A DNA stretch of 64,000 nt, from assembly GCA_028534125.1 (NCBI GenBank), contig CM052816.1, positions 1,674,001 to 1,738,000 of the forward strand, read 5' to 3'. The position numbers and the translations under genes are program-made. This document shows positions 26,590 through 38,495 of this stretch, piece by piece. This DNA is from Lama glama (taxonomy: Eukaryota). Each line of letters begins with the position of its first letter. Position 1 is the stretch's first letter. The notes beneath the pieces were generated by a model that saw nothing but the letters and a program-made list of their open reading frames with translations, did not search any database and had not been told where the DNA came from.

Positions 26590-26830
26590 TTTCTCAGTCC
26601 ACACTTTTCTTTATCAGCTTCATTTGACACAGTCAGTCTTTCTTTCTCTTTGAAATGCTTCCATGATATAGATTCCACTTCAATACATTTCCCATTTTTA
26701 TAATTGTCTTTGTTCTTGGTTTCTGTTTTTTTATGAACTCACTGGCCTTTCCTTCTGTGACTCCGCGGATGGTTTGTACTTTTCTTCCAAACCCTTTAGC
26801 ATTAGTTTGACTCAGGAATTACTTCTTCCT
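26590..26830 (+). mobile_element. L2 fragment inside the cargo
   Basis: tcagcttcatttgacacagtcagtc..ctctttgaaatgctt..tcactggcctttccttctgtgactcc. Confidence 0.5.
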
Positions 26831-26834
26831 TTTT

Positions 26835-27160
26835 TTCTCCCATAGTTTATATTAGGGTTTACTCTTGATGTTGTATATTCTATGGGTTTTGACAAGTGCA
26901 TAATGACATGTAGTCACTATTATAGTATCATACAGAATAATTTCACTGCCCTAAAAATCCCTTGTGCTCCATCTACTCATTCCTCCCCCACTTTCTCTCC
27001 CCTGGAAAGCACAATCTTTTTATTGTTTCTGTAGCTGTGCCTTTTCCAGAATGTCGTTTGGCTGGAATCGTACAGTTTGTAGCCTTTTCAGACTGGTTTC
27101 TTTCATTTAATAATATGTCTTTTAAGTTTCTTCTACATCTTTCATGGCTTGATAGATTTT
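26835..27160 (-). mobile_element. L1MC-like 3' UTR fragment inside the cargo
   Basis: catagtttatattagggtttactcttgatgttgtatattctatgggttttgacaagtgcataatgacatg..tttcactgccctaaaaatcc. Confidence 0.8.
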
Positions 27161-27289
27161 TGGGGTTTTTTTTACTGCGTATGTATCTTTTAATTTACAT
27201 GTATGTACTGTCCATTGTTTCAAAGAGTGTTTAGAGATTTAGCTTTTTAAACTTACATAGTTATCAAAGGAATAAAGCCAACCACAAAA

Positions 27290-27407
27290 TAAGAATTAAC
27301 TCAAAAAGATATATACACCCTGCTATGAACAGCAACATTATTTATAATTGCCAAGATACGGAAACATCCTAAGTGCACATCAATATTTTAACAGAGAATG
27401 GAGATGC

Positions 27408-27439
<32 letters not shown>

Positions 27440-27850
27440 CATGTGTGTGTGTGTGTGTGTGTAATGGAATATATGTAAGTCACCATAAAAAAGGATATTT
27501 TGCCACTTGGAGACCTTCATTCACTTTTTTTTTTCACTTCAAAAACCAGAATTTTATAACTGGCAGAGACATTTCCATTACATCGAAAACAACAAAATAT
27601 CTAGAAATAAACTTAACCAAGGAGGTACCCATACTTTGAAAACCGAAATGACAAAGAAATGGAAAGATTGCTTGTGCTCTTGTATTGGAAGAATCAACAC
27701 TATCGAAATGGCCACACTACCCAAAGCAATCCACAGATACAACGCAACCCCCGTCAAAATACTCAAGACATTCCTCACAGATCTAGAACAAACAATTCCA
27801 CAATTTATAAGGAACCACAAAAGTCCCCAAACAGCCAAAGTAATATTTTG
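27290..27850 (+). mobile_element. L1 fragments (ORF2 end/3' region with (TG)n at 27410-27462, then ORF2 piece ~27565-27850)
   Basis: Translations KYLEINLTKEV and KWKDCLCSCIGRINTIEMATLPKAIHRYNATPVKI. Confidence 0.85.
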
Positions 27851-28409
27851 TAGGTCTCTTTTTCCCCCTCTTTCTTCTTTTTGTTCTCTTTTCTTATGGT
27901 TTGATGACTAGAGGAGGTCCTTTAACATTTGTTGTAAAGCTGGTTTGGTGGTGCTGAAATCTTTTAGCTTTTGTTTATCTGTGAAGCTTTTGATTTCTCC
28001 ATCAAGTCTGAACGAGAGCCTTGCTGGATAGAGTATTATTGGTTGTAAGTTTCCCCCTTGCATCACTTTAAATGTATCATGCCACTCCCTTCTGGCCTGT
28101 AGAGTTTCTGCTGAGAAATCAGCTGATAACCTTATGGGAGTACCGTTGTATGTTATTCATTGCTTTTCTCTTGCTATTTTTAATATTTTCTCCTTATCCT
28201 TAATTGATGTCAATTTGATGACTGTGTGCCTTTGTGTTTTCCTCTTTGGGTTGATTCTGTGTGGTACTCTCTGTGCTTCCAGGACTTGGGTGACTGTTTC
28301 CTTTCCCAAGTTGGGGAAGTTTTAGGTTATTATCTCTCCAAAAATTTTCTCAGGTCCTTTCTCTTTCTTTTCTCTTTTTGGGACCCCTATAATGTGAATA
28401 TCAGAGCAC
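27851..28409 (-). mobile_element. L1 ORF1 C-terminal half plus start of the inter-ORF spacer; 5' end of the insertion
   Basis: Minus-strand translation: IHIIGVP..EAQRVPHRINPKR..TPIRLSADFSAETLQARREWHDTFKV..YPARLSF..FSTTKPALQQMLKDLL*. Confidence 0.9.
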
Positions 28410-28830
28410 TTCTCAGATTTCTTACAAGGCTACAACTAACATGTTGTAGCCAGGCCTGCAGTCTCATCTGAAGCTTGACTGGGGAGGAGTCTGCTCACTC
28501 AGGGATTGGTTCCTTGCTGTATAAAAGGCCACATTTCCTTGCTGGCTCTATCATTTTGCTTGCCATGTTGGCGTTGCCATAAGGCAGCTCATACCATGGT
28601 ATCTGGCTTCCCACAGAGCAAACAAGTGAGTGAAAGAGAGTGTCCAAGATGGAAGCCATAGTCTTTTGGTAATTGAATCTTGAAAGTGACACCTTATTAC
28701 CTTAAGCCACACTCTATTTATTAGAAATCCATCACTAGATCTAGGACATTCTCAGGGTAGGGGATTACCAAGGGCTTGAAGGCCAGGAGGTGGAAATCAC
28801 TGGGGGTTATCTTAGAGGCTGTGAATCCCA
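28410..28830 (-). mobile_element. MLT1 LTR, right part
   Basis: acaaggctacaac..gcctgcagtctcatctgaagcttgactgggga..ccaagatggaagccatagtctttt..ggccaggaggtggaaatcactggggg. Confidence 0.85.
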
Positions 28831-28879
28831 GCAGTGTGAAGTGTGAAGAAGAGCAGAAAGATGCTCTGGAATAAGATTA

Positions 28880-29147
28880 CAGCCAACTGACAGATTCCAT
28901 ATTTTTTAATTTGCCTGCTCGCTAAAATGTATTTGTTACTCCACAATGAATACTCATGACTCTTTTGCGGTCATTTGCAGACATGCACAAAGCAGTGAAC
29001 AATTTGAGTCACCCAACACAGACATTTAAAGCTGCTGTGGGACCTAACCCTGTACTTCCCCTAAATGCAACAGTTCGGTATTCACTAAGTTCACTGTTCA
29101 TGGAGACTTTATAGAACTTAACTACCATGAATAACAAGAATCAGTTG
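28880..29147. mobile_element. Tigger4/MER46-like TcMar MITE
   Basis: ctcgctaaaatgtatttgttactcc..gcggtcatttgcagacatgcac..ttatagaacttaactaccatgaataacaagaatcagttg|ta. Confidence 0.7.
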
Positions 29148-31884
29148 TACTTTGGTTGGACATCCAACTCCACCACTTGCCCACCTGTGCTGTCCTGGGC
29201 CAGCTTTTTAACCTCTCTGTGTTTTATTTGCATTAAGAGTAAAATGGGAATGACAACAGGACATACAACCGAGGGCTTTGGGGAGGATGAACTGTAATGT
29301 TCCTGGCACAGTGGACAGCACACAGCAAGTGCTTCACAAATAGGAGACATTATAATTACCACTGTCTGTGCTCAGTTTCACCTGAATTATACCGAATTTT
29401 TTTGAGACTTCCTTTCTTATATTCTGGGACAGTGCTGGGCACAGAGTAGGCACTCATAAACTACTTATTGAATGAAATAAAGATTCTCTGACTCCATCAG
29501 GCAGAAGATCTAGAGCTGGAGGAGATGAGGACTTCTGTGTCTGGTCTCTGGGTCTGATGTCATAATTGTGGCTGGTAGGGATGGGAGTGTGTAAAGAATT
29601 ATAAAAACTCTCACACCAGAACCCACATCAAGACACTAAATCCATAGTATCGACAGACTGTTGACTCACTTCCCCCAGGAACTGAGAGAATGCCCAGCAG
29701 ATGGAAATGTACCCAAGACACAGCAGCCGTGGTATTTTCCCCACGTTACCAGGCGTGAGGCCAGAAGTGGATCTAGCCGTGGTACACAGTGGGATCAATC
29801 ATCTGTAAATAAGTCGCCTACGTAGTTTCAGAGACGATTTTTCATCTCTAAATGCCGAGTCATCGCCTTAGGAGCTGAGATGTAAAATCTCTATGGCCTC
29901 TGGGTTTTGGATCTGACCTTGATTTTGCAGTTTGTTCTGCAAGCCAAGGGCCCTGTCTTCCTCCAAAAGGGAGAGCATTTGGAAGCTCTCCAATACAGAT
30001 GGCTTGGGAGGGGGTCCAGGTGGATTTCAAGGACTACCACCACTAGCCCTCTCTTGGGAAGGCAGAAGTTATTTGGAAGGGTTATTATGATCACAGCTGA
30101 AGGGAGGTGGGCACTACATCCTGTTTTTTGAGGGCATCCTGAGGAAGCTGTGTGACTCGGGTCCAATTAATCTCTCTGAGACTTGGTTGCCCTCATAGGT
30201 GAAACAGCAGTGGTAAACAGTGCCTATTTTGTAAAGCCTATGCAGACTGACCTACATGAAGGAGAAAGCAACTTAAATTTATTCCCAGGGGAGTCATATC
30301 ACTACCTACCTCTTCTTCTCAGGGTTTAATAATAAGTGCAAAAAATAGCTAACTTTTACTGAGCATCTGTGTCCCAGGGACTATCCTCTCCTCCCCAGAT
30401 CCCATGATTATTCTCATTGTTGCAGGTGCTGGAACTGAGGCACAGGGACGTGAAGTAACTTGTCCAAGGTCACACAGCTAATAAGTGGCAGAGCTTACCC
30501 TCAGGTCATCTTGCATCTCCCCTAAAAGATATCTGTATTTTAACCAGGTAACATTTTAACCTAGATACAGATAGAAATTTTAGGTGGTGCATCTAGCTGG
30601 TGAGAAAGACAGGTCCTGCGCTGCACTTTATCCATGAGTACCTTACCTGTTAGAGAGCTGACCAGGGATTGGAAAATTAACCTCACTTATCATTTCTCCC
30701 TTCTCAGACATCCTTCTTCAGTCTTAAATAAGGACTGTGATTAATCTGATATGTTAAGAGATTTAGGGCCTCAGAGTTCAGGGAGCTGAGGTATGAAGGG
30801 CAACAGGCCCCTCAAACTCCACAGACATCATCACTCCTGATTTATTTTTTAATAAAGTATCATTTATCCTGCACCTATTCAGTGCCAGGGACTAGACTCA
30901 GTACCTCACAGCCTTCATTGCTACCCCTCACAAAAACTCATGAGCTGGTTACTTAAAGTCCCATTTTACAGATGAGAAAGTGAAGTCAGAAGAGTCATGT
31001 GGCTTCTCAAGACAGACAAGTAGTAATAGATGGATCTGGGGTTCTTGTCCAGGGCTACCTAGCAAAGCCAGACCTCCCACTTCACTACCCTGGGAACCCA
31101 GAAAGCTTTCTTGATGCTACAAACCTGATCCTTGTGCTCAAAGGTTTCATTAGTCCAGCTGCTACTGGGTGGCAGCTGAAATTGCTAGGCTGGATAGAGG
31201 CTGTTGAACTTGGCAGGAGATGGATATGCCACATAAAACAAAAGCCTCTCTGGAGACAGAGAGGAGATGTGGCCCGGAACACCAGCTAACATGTATTAGG
31301 AGTATAACGTGACTCAGGTTGTAAGGTAACTTTTATCACAACAAGGAGAGGTGGAATAGGAGAGGCTCACAGGTCAGGATGCCCTTGGATGTCAGCCCCA
31401 GTTCTGAAGGATGCTCTTATTCCACCACAGAAAGGTCAACTTATAGACCAGCATCAGAAAAATCCCTCCAAACATGGAAAATTTTTCAAGAAGTAATACC
31501 TTGAGCTGAAAGCATTGGAAATTAAAAAAAAAAGTCATTGGACAGATTCTGACACCCAACTTTGGCAATTTGGTGCCTACTGAACCAAAATTGGCCTCAG
31601 CCACACAGATGGGTGGAAGTATAAATTGAAATGGCATTTCTGGAGGGCAAATTAGTAATATAGATCAAAGAGCTTTAAAATGTGCATAAGCTTTTTATCC
31701 AACCAGTCTGCTTATAGGATTGTATCCTAAGGAAATAATCAGACATATGCAAAAATGAGGTTATCACAACATTATTTTTTAAAGAAAAATAATGCAAGTA
31801 ATCTACATGTCCAATAATAGGGATGGGTTATATTCACCCACTGTGGTTAAACTAAGCAGGTGCTAGTTTAAAACTCAGGCCTTT

Positions 31885-32065
31885 CCCTCTTAATCCTGCT
31901 TCTCCTCTGATGCTCCACATCCAGGTGATGACACTCTCATCCATTCAGTTGCTCCAGGCAGAAATCTGAGACTGGTCTTGAATGCCTCTCTCCTTATCTC
32001 CCCTATCCAAGTCAGTGACCAAGCCGTGTCACACACAATTCCTAAAGGGATCTCAAATCCATCTA
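31885..32065 (+). mobile_element. L2 fragment, left arm (split by Tigger1)
   Basis: ccattcagttgctccaggcagaaatctgag..tctcaaatccatc continues after Tigger1 as cacttctgtgtcc..accctagtctaaaccacc..tctcctggac. Confidence 0.75.
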
Positions 32066-33508
32066 CAGGCATGCCTCATTTTATGGTGATTCAATTTTTT
32101 ACTTTTTTTTTTTTTTTTTTACAAATTGAAAGTTTGTAGCAACCCTCCATAGAGCAAGTCTATCAGTGCCAGTTTTTCAAAGGCACTCACTCACTTCATG
32201 TCCCCATATCACATTTTGGTAACTTTGAAAATATTTCACACTTTTTCATTATTATTACATTTGTTATGGTACTCTGAGAGCAGTGATCTTTGACGTTACT
32301 GTTTTAATTGTTTTGGGGTACCACAAACCACACCCATATGAGACCACAAACTTGATAAATGCTGTGTGTGCTCTGACTGCTCCACCAACTGGCTGTTCCC
32401 CCATCTCTCTTCCTCTCCTTGGGTCTCCCTATTCTCTGAGATACAATAGTATTGAAATTAGGCCAATTAATAACCCTAAAATGGCCTCTAAGTGTTCAAG
32501 TGAAAAGAAGTGTCACATGTCTCACTTTAAATCAAAAACTAGAAATGATTAAGTTTAGTGAGGAAGGCGTGTTGAAAGCCGAGATAGGCCAAAAGCTAGG
32601 CCTCTTGTGCCAAACACTAAGCTCAGCTGTGAATGCAAAAGAAACGATCTTGAAGGAAATTAAAGGTGCAACTCCAGGGGACACATAAATGTTTAGAAAG
32701 TGAACCAGCCTCATTGCTGATATTTAGTAGTGTGGCTAGAAGACCAAACCATTCACAACATTCCCTTAAGTCAGTGCCTAATCCAGAGCAAAACCCTAAT
32801 TCTCTTCAATTCTGTGAAGGCTGAGAGAGGTGAGGAAGCTACAGGAGAAAAGCTGGAAGTTAGCAGAAGTTGGTTCACTAGGTTTAAGGAAAGAACTCAT
32901 CTCCATAATATCAGAATGTATGATGAAGCAGCAAGCGCTGTTGTAAAAGCTTCAGCAAGTTACCCAGAAGATCCAGCTAAGATAAGAAATGAAAGTGCCT
33001 ACACTGAACTATAGATTTTCAGTGTAGATAAAAACAACCTTATATTGGATGTTGGAAGAAGACGCCATCTAGGACTTTAATAGCTCGAGAGGAGAAGTCA
33101 ATGCCTGGCTCCAGAGTTTCCAAGTACAGGATGACTCTCTTAAGGGCTATTGCAGCTGGTGACTTTAACTTGAAGCCATTGTTCATTGACCATTACAAAA
33201 ATCCGAGGACCCTTAAGAATTATGCTAAATGTACTCTGCCTGTATTCTATAAATGAAACAACAAAGCCTGCTTACAATGTGGTTTTCTGACTATTTTGGC
33301 TACTGTTGAGAACAACTGCTCAGAAAAAGATTCCTTTCAAAATATTCCTGCTTATTGACAATGTACCTGGTTATCCAAGAGCTCTGATGGAGATGGACAA
33401 CAAGATTTATGTTGTTTCATGCCTGCTTATACAACATCCACTCTTCAGTCCATGGATCAAGGAGTAATTTCAAATTTCAAGTCTTATTATTTAAGAAATA
33501 CATTTCAT

Positions 33509-36500
33509 GAACAACTGTATGGCAACAAATTGGACAACCTAGAAGAAATGGACAAGTTTCTAGAAACATACAGTCCACCAAAACTGAATCAAGAAGAAAC
33601 AGATAATTTGAACAGATCAATCACTAGAAGTGAAATAGAATCAGCAATAAAAAACCTCCCTGTGAACAAAAATCCAGGAACAGGTGACTTCACTGGGGAA
33701 TTCTACCAAATATACAAAGAAGAACTCATACTGTTCCTTCTCAAACTCCTCCAAAAGACTGAAGAGGATGGAACACTCCCAAAGTCTTTGGAACACTCCC
33801 AAAGCCACTATTACCCTGATACCAAAGCCAGATGAAGATACTACCAAAAAAGAAAGTTATAGGCCAATATCACTGATGAACATAGATGTAAAAATCCTCA
33901 ACAAAATATTAGCAAACAAAATCCAACAATACCTAAAAAAGGTCATATGCCATGATCAAGTTGGATTCATGCCAGGGACATAGGATGGTTCAACATATAC
34001 AAATCAACCAATGGGATACCCAACATCATCAAAAGAAATGAGAAAAATCATATGATCTTCTCAATAGATGCAGAAAAAGCATTTGATAAAATTCAACACC
34101 CATCTATGATAAAAAGTCTTACTAAATGGGTAGAGGGAACATATCTCAACATAATAACAGCTATTTACGACAAACCCACAGCCAACATAATATTCAACAG
34201 TGAAAACCTGAAAGCCTTCCCGCTAAAATCTGGAACAAGCCAAGGATGCCCACTCTCACCACTTGTATTCAACATAATATTGGAAGTCTTAACCATAGCA
34301 ATCAGACCAGAAAAATAAATTAAAGGGATCCAAATTGGAAGAGAAGAGGTAAAACTGTCACTATTTGAGGATGATATGGTAATATATATAGAAAACCCTA
34401 AAGGCTCCACTCAGAAACTACTAGAGATGATAAAAGAATCCAGCAAGGTAGCAGGATACAAGATTAACAAACATAGCACAGGGAAATATATTCAATATCT
34501 TATATTAGCTCACAGTGAAAAAGAATATGAAAATGAATATTTGTATATTCATGTATGACTGAAGAATGGTGCTGCACAGAAGAAACTGACACAACATTGT
34601 AAACTGACTATATCTCAAGAAAAAAATTTTTTAAGTTTTTTTAATTAAAAAAATAAAAAGATTAACATATAGAAATCAGTTGCATTTCTTTACACTAACA
34701 ATGAAATATCAGAAAAGGAAAGTGAAAAAACAATCCCTTTTAAAAGCTCATCAGAAAAATAAAATAAAATACTTAGGAATAAACCTGACCAAGGAAGTGA
34801 AAGACTTATATGTGGAGAACTATGAAACACTGACTAAGGAAATTAAAGATGACTTAAAGAAATGGAAAGATATTCCATGCTCTTGGACTGGATTAAGTAA
34901 TATTGTTAAAATGGCCACACTATCCAAACCAATCTACAGATTTAATGCAATTCCTATCAAATTACCCAGAACATTTTTCACAGAACTAGAACAAATAATC
35001 CTAAAATTTATATGGAATCACAATAGACCGAGAATTGCCAAAGCATCACTGAAGAAAAAGAATGAAGCTGAAGGAATAACCCTCTATATGGACAGTACTA
35101 CAGAAGTACAGTAATCAAAACAGTGTGGTGCAGGTACAAAAACAGACATATGGATCAATGGAACAGAACAGAGAGCCCAGAAATAAATCCACACACTGAC
35201 AGTCAATTAACTGCCAAAGAAGGCAAGATCATACAACAGAGAAAAGACAGTTTCTTCATCAAGTGGTGTTGGGAAAGCTGGACAGACACACGTAAATCAA
35301 TGAAGTCAGAATGCTCCCTCACACTATACACAAAAATACACTCAAAATGGGTTAAAGACTTAAACATAAGACAAGACACTATACACCTCCTAGAAGAAAA
35401 CATTGGCAAAATGTTTTTTGACATAAATCTTGACAATCTCCTAGAACAGTCTACTGAGGCAACAGAATATAAGCAAAAATAAACAAATGGGGCCTAATTA
35501 TACTTATAAGCATTTGCACAGCAAAGGAAACCATAAACAAAATGAAAAGACAACCTAAGGAATAGGAGAAAATATTTGCAAATGATGTGACTGACAAGGA
35601 CTTAATTTCCAGAATATACAAACGGCTTATACAACTTAATAACAAAAAACAACCCAATCCAAAAATGGACAGAAGACCTAAACAAGCAATTCTTCAATGA
35701 AGACATACAAATGGCCAATAAGCATATGAAAAGATGCTCAATGTCACTAATTATCAGAGAAATGCAAATCAAAACTACAATGAGGTATCACCTCACACCA
35801 GTCAGAATGGTCATCATTCAAAGGGCCACAAACAATAAATGCTGGAGAGGGTGTGGAGAAAAAGGAACCCTCCTACATTGTTGGTGAGAATGTGGATTAG
35901 TGCAGCCATTATGGAAAATAGTATGGAGATTCCTCAAAAAACTAAAAATAGATTTATCATATGATCCAGCAATCCCACTCTTAGGTATGCATACGGACAA
36001 AACTCCAATTCAAAAAGATACATGCACCCCAATGTTCACTGCAGCACTATTTACAAAAGCCAGGACATGGAAACCACCTAAATGTACACTGACAGATGAC
36101 TGGATAAAGAAGTTGTGGTATATTTACACAATGGAATACTACTCAGCCATACAAAAGAATAAAATAATGTCACTTGCAGCATCATGGATGGACCTGGAGA
36201 AGTTATACTTAGTGAAGTAAGCCAGAAAAAGAAAGAAAAATACCATATGGTATCACTTATATGTGGAATCTAAAAAAAAAAAAAAAGACACAAATGAACT
36301 TATTTACAAAACAGCAATAGACTCACAGATATAGAAAACAAACTTACGGTCACCAGAGGGGAAAGAGGGGTGGGAAGGGATAAGTTGGGAGTTGGAGATT
36401 TGCAGATACTAACTAATATATACAAAATAGATAAATAGCAAGTTTCTACTGTATAGCACAGGGAATATATTTAATATCTTGCAGTAATCTGTAGTGAAAA

Positions 36501-36624
36501 TGAAAAAGAGTATGAAAATAAATATGTATGTATATGTATGACTGCAACATTAAGCTGTACACCAGAAATTGACACAACACTGTAAATTAAACACACTTCA
36601 CTAAAAACAAAATGAGTAACTCTG
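33509..36624 (+). mobile_element. 5'-truncated L1 (RT domain to 3' UTR) inserted in Tigger1; ORF2 disrupted
   Basis: [58 protein letters not shown] zinc knuckle; TSD aagaaatacatttcat (33493-33508) / aagaaatacatctcat (36625-36640) after TT. Confidence 0.95.
34470..34657 (+). mobile_element. Short L1 3' tail nested within the L1
   Basis: atagcacagggaaatatattcaatatc..aacattgtaaactgactata + A/T tail; TSD aagattaaca at 34460-34469 and 34658-34667. Confidence 0.9.
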
Positions 36625-37550
36625 AAGAAATACATCTCATAAGGCTATAGCTGCCAAAGATAGTGATTCCTCTGATAGATCTGGACAAAATAAATTGAAA
36701 ACCTTCTGGAAGGAGTTAGCATTATAGATGCCATTAAGAACATTCATGATTCATGGGGAGAGGTCAAAACGTCAACATTAACAGGAGTTTGGAAGAAGTT
36801 GATTCCAGCGCTCATGGATGACTGTGAGGGGTTCAAGTCTCAGTGAAGGAAATAACTGCAGATGTAGAAACAGCAAGAAAACTGGAATTTGAAGAGAAGC
36901 CTGAAGATGTGCCTGAGTTACTGCAATCTCATGATAAAATTTTAATGGATGAGGAGTTTCTTCTAATGGATGAACAGAGAAAGTGGTTTCTTGAAATGGA
37001 ATCTACTTCTGGTGGAGATGCTGTGAAGACTGTTGAAATGACAACAAAGGATTTAGAATATGACATAAACTTAGTTGATAAAGCAGCAACACATGTTTGT
37101 TTTGAGAGGACTGACTCCAGTTTTGAAAGACATTCTACTATGGGTAAAATGCTATCAAACAGCATTACACGCTGTACAGAAATTGTTCATGAAGTAGCTG
37201 ATCAATGCGGAAAACTTCATTGTTGTCTTATTTTAAGTAACTGCCACGGTCACCCCAACCTTCTTCAACCTGCACCCTGATCAGTCAGCAACCATTGACA
37301 CTGAGGCAAGATCCACCACCTGGTGAAGGCTCAGATGACAGTTAGCAATTGTTAGCAGTAAATTATTTTCAATTAGGGAATGTACATTGTTTTTTAGACA
37401 CAATGTTACTGCACACTTAGACTACAGTATAAATATAACTTTTATATGTACTTGAAAACCAAAAAAATCACGTGACTCTCTTTATTGCCATAGTCCCTTT
37501 ATTGTGGTGTACTTGAACCAAACTCGCAATGTCTCCAAGAAGCACACCTG

Positions 37551-38495
37551 CACTTCTGTGTCCAGCTGGCATAACCCTAGTCTAAACCACCAGCCCTTCT
37601 CTCCTGGACACACTCAGGCTCCCTACATATGCCCAGGGTCCCCATTTCTAGTCTGTCCTCCCCACTGTGCCTGGAGCTTTCCTTTAAAAGGAAATCTGAT
37701 TAGGCTCCTTCTGTGCTTTCCTCTCAAAGCCTTCCCATCGTATTTATGATTTAAAAATTTCACCACGTGCCCATCTGCAAGACCTTAAAGCAGGGGTCAG
37801 CAAAGTTTCTGTTTAAGAGCCAAACAGTAAACATTTTACACTCTGCAGGCCATTCAGTCTTTATAGCAACTATACATTTTCGACATCATAGCATGAAAAC
37901 AACCACAGACATGACATGAGTAAACAGACATGGCTCTGTTTCAATAAAATTTTATTTTAAAAAGGTGGTTGTGCTGGATTTGGCCCAGGGGCCGTAATTT
38001 GCTGGTACTTACCCTATAGATTCTGACTCTTATTTCCCTCTCCAACTGACACAAATCCCCCTTCTAGTCACTGTCTCCTCATCAGTATCCCAGACAAGCT
38101 GGTCACTCCAAGAGTTTTCCTGCTCCTTTCTGCCCCCTATCTTTTCTCCTTGGCCCCACACATACCTGCTTTTTCTGGCTAGCAATTTCTCACTATTCTT
38201 GTCTCAGTTTAAGGGTCTTTTCCTTAGGTGACCCCCCTGATGGACTTGGGATAGTTTAGGACCCCCATTCTCTCAAAAGACTCAGTGTTTGTCCTCTGTC
38301 AAGTTCGCCAAATATGAGATTAAGTACTTCTCACTACAATTGTATGTCTGTGTCACGTCTGCTAGGCTCCAAATTTCATGAGATAAAAGATTTCACATAT
38401 TATTGATCGTTACTATATTCCCAGGGCCTAGCAAGGTGCCTGATACCCACAGAAGCATTAAACATGTGTGGAAATGTTGACTGAATAAATGATCC
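37551..38495 (+). mobile_element. L2 right arm to the 3' terminus (interrupted by MER58A)
   Basis: L2 tail ccagggcctagcaaggtgcctgatac..tgttgactgaataaatga. Confidence 0.7.
37792..38015 (-). mobile_element. MER58A-like MITE
   Basis: caggggtcagcaaagtttctgtttaagagccaaacagtaaacatttt..tggctctgtttcaataaaattttatttt..ggatttggcccagggg. Confidence 0.85.

Larger units (their letters stand above)
24340..28409 (-). mobile_element. Composite L1-machinery retro-insertion (transduction/chimera) carrying a cTAGE5-like gene
   Basis: Perfect TSD TTCTCAGATTTCTT at 24326-24339 and 28410-28423; T10 (poly-A) at 24338-24347; minus-strand AATAAA at 24363-24368. Confidence 0.9.
32066..37550 (+). mobile_element. Near-full-length Tigger1 DNA transposon (~2.35 kb excluding the L1), decayed transposase
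   Basis: TA|caggcatgcctc 5' TIR; 3' end ..cgcaatgtctccaagaagcacacctg; pogo-like peptides [71 protein letters not shown]. Confidence 0.95.

Noticed and set aside
27540..28409. Twin-priming 5' inversion of one L1
   Set aside because: The junction is tail-to-tail and the pieces (ORF1 end, late ORF2) are not adjacent in L1.
33419..36220. Functional reverse transcriptase or transposase-RT fusion gene
   Set aside because: Multiple stops and frameshifts, 5' truncation and a nested insertion; the fusion ORF is a junction accident.
32452..37280. Domesticated TIGD/CENP-B-like gene
   Set aside because: The transposase is fragmented across frames and split by L1, and the TIRs are retained, as in an ordinary fossil copy.
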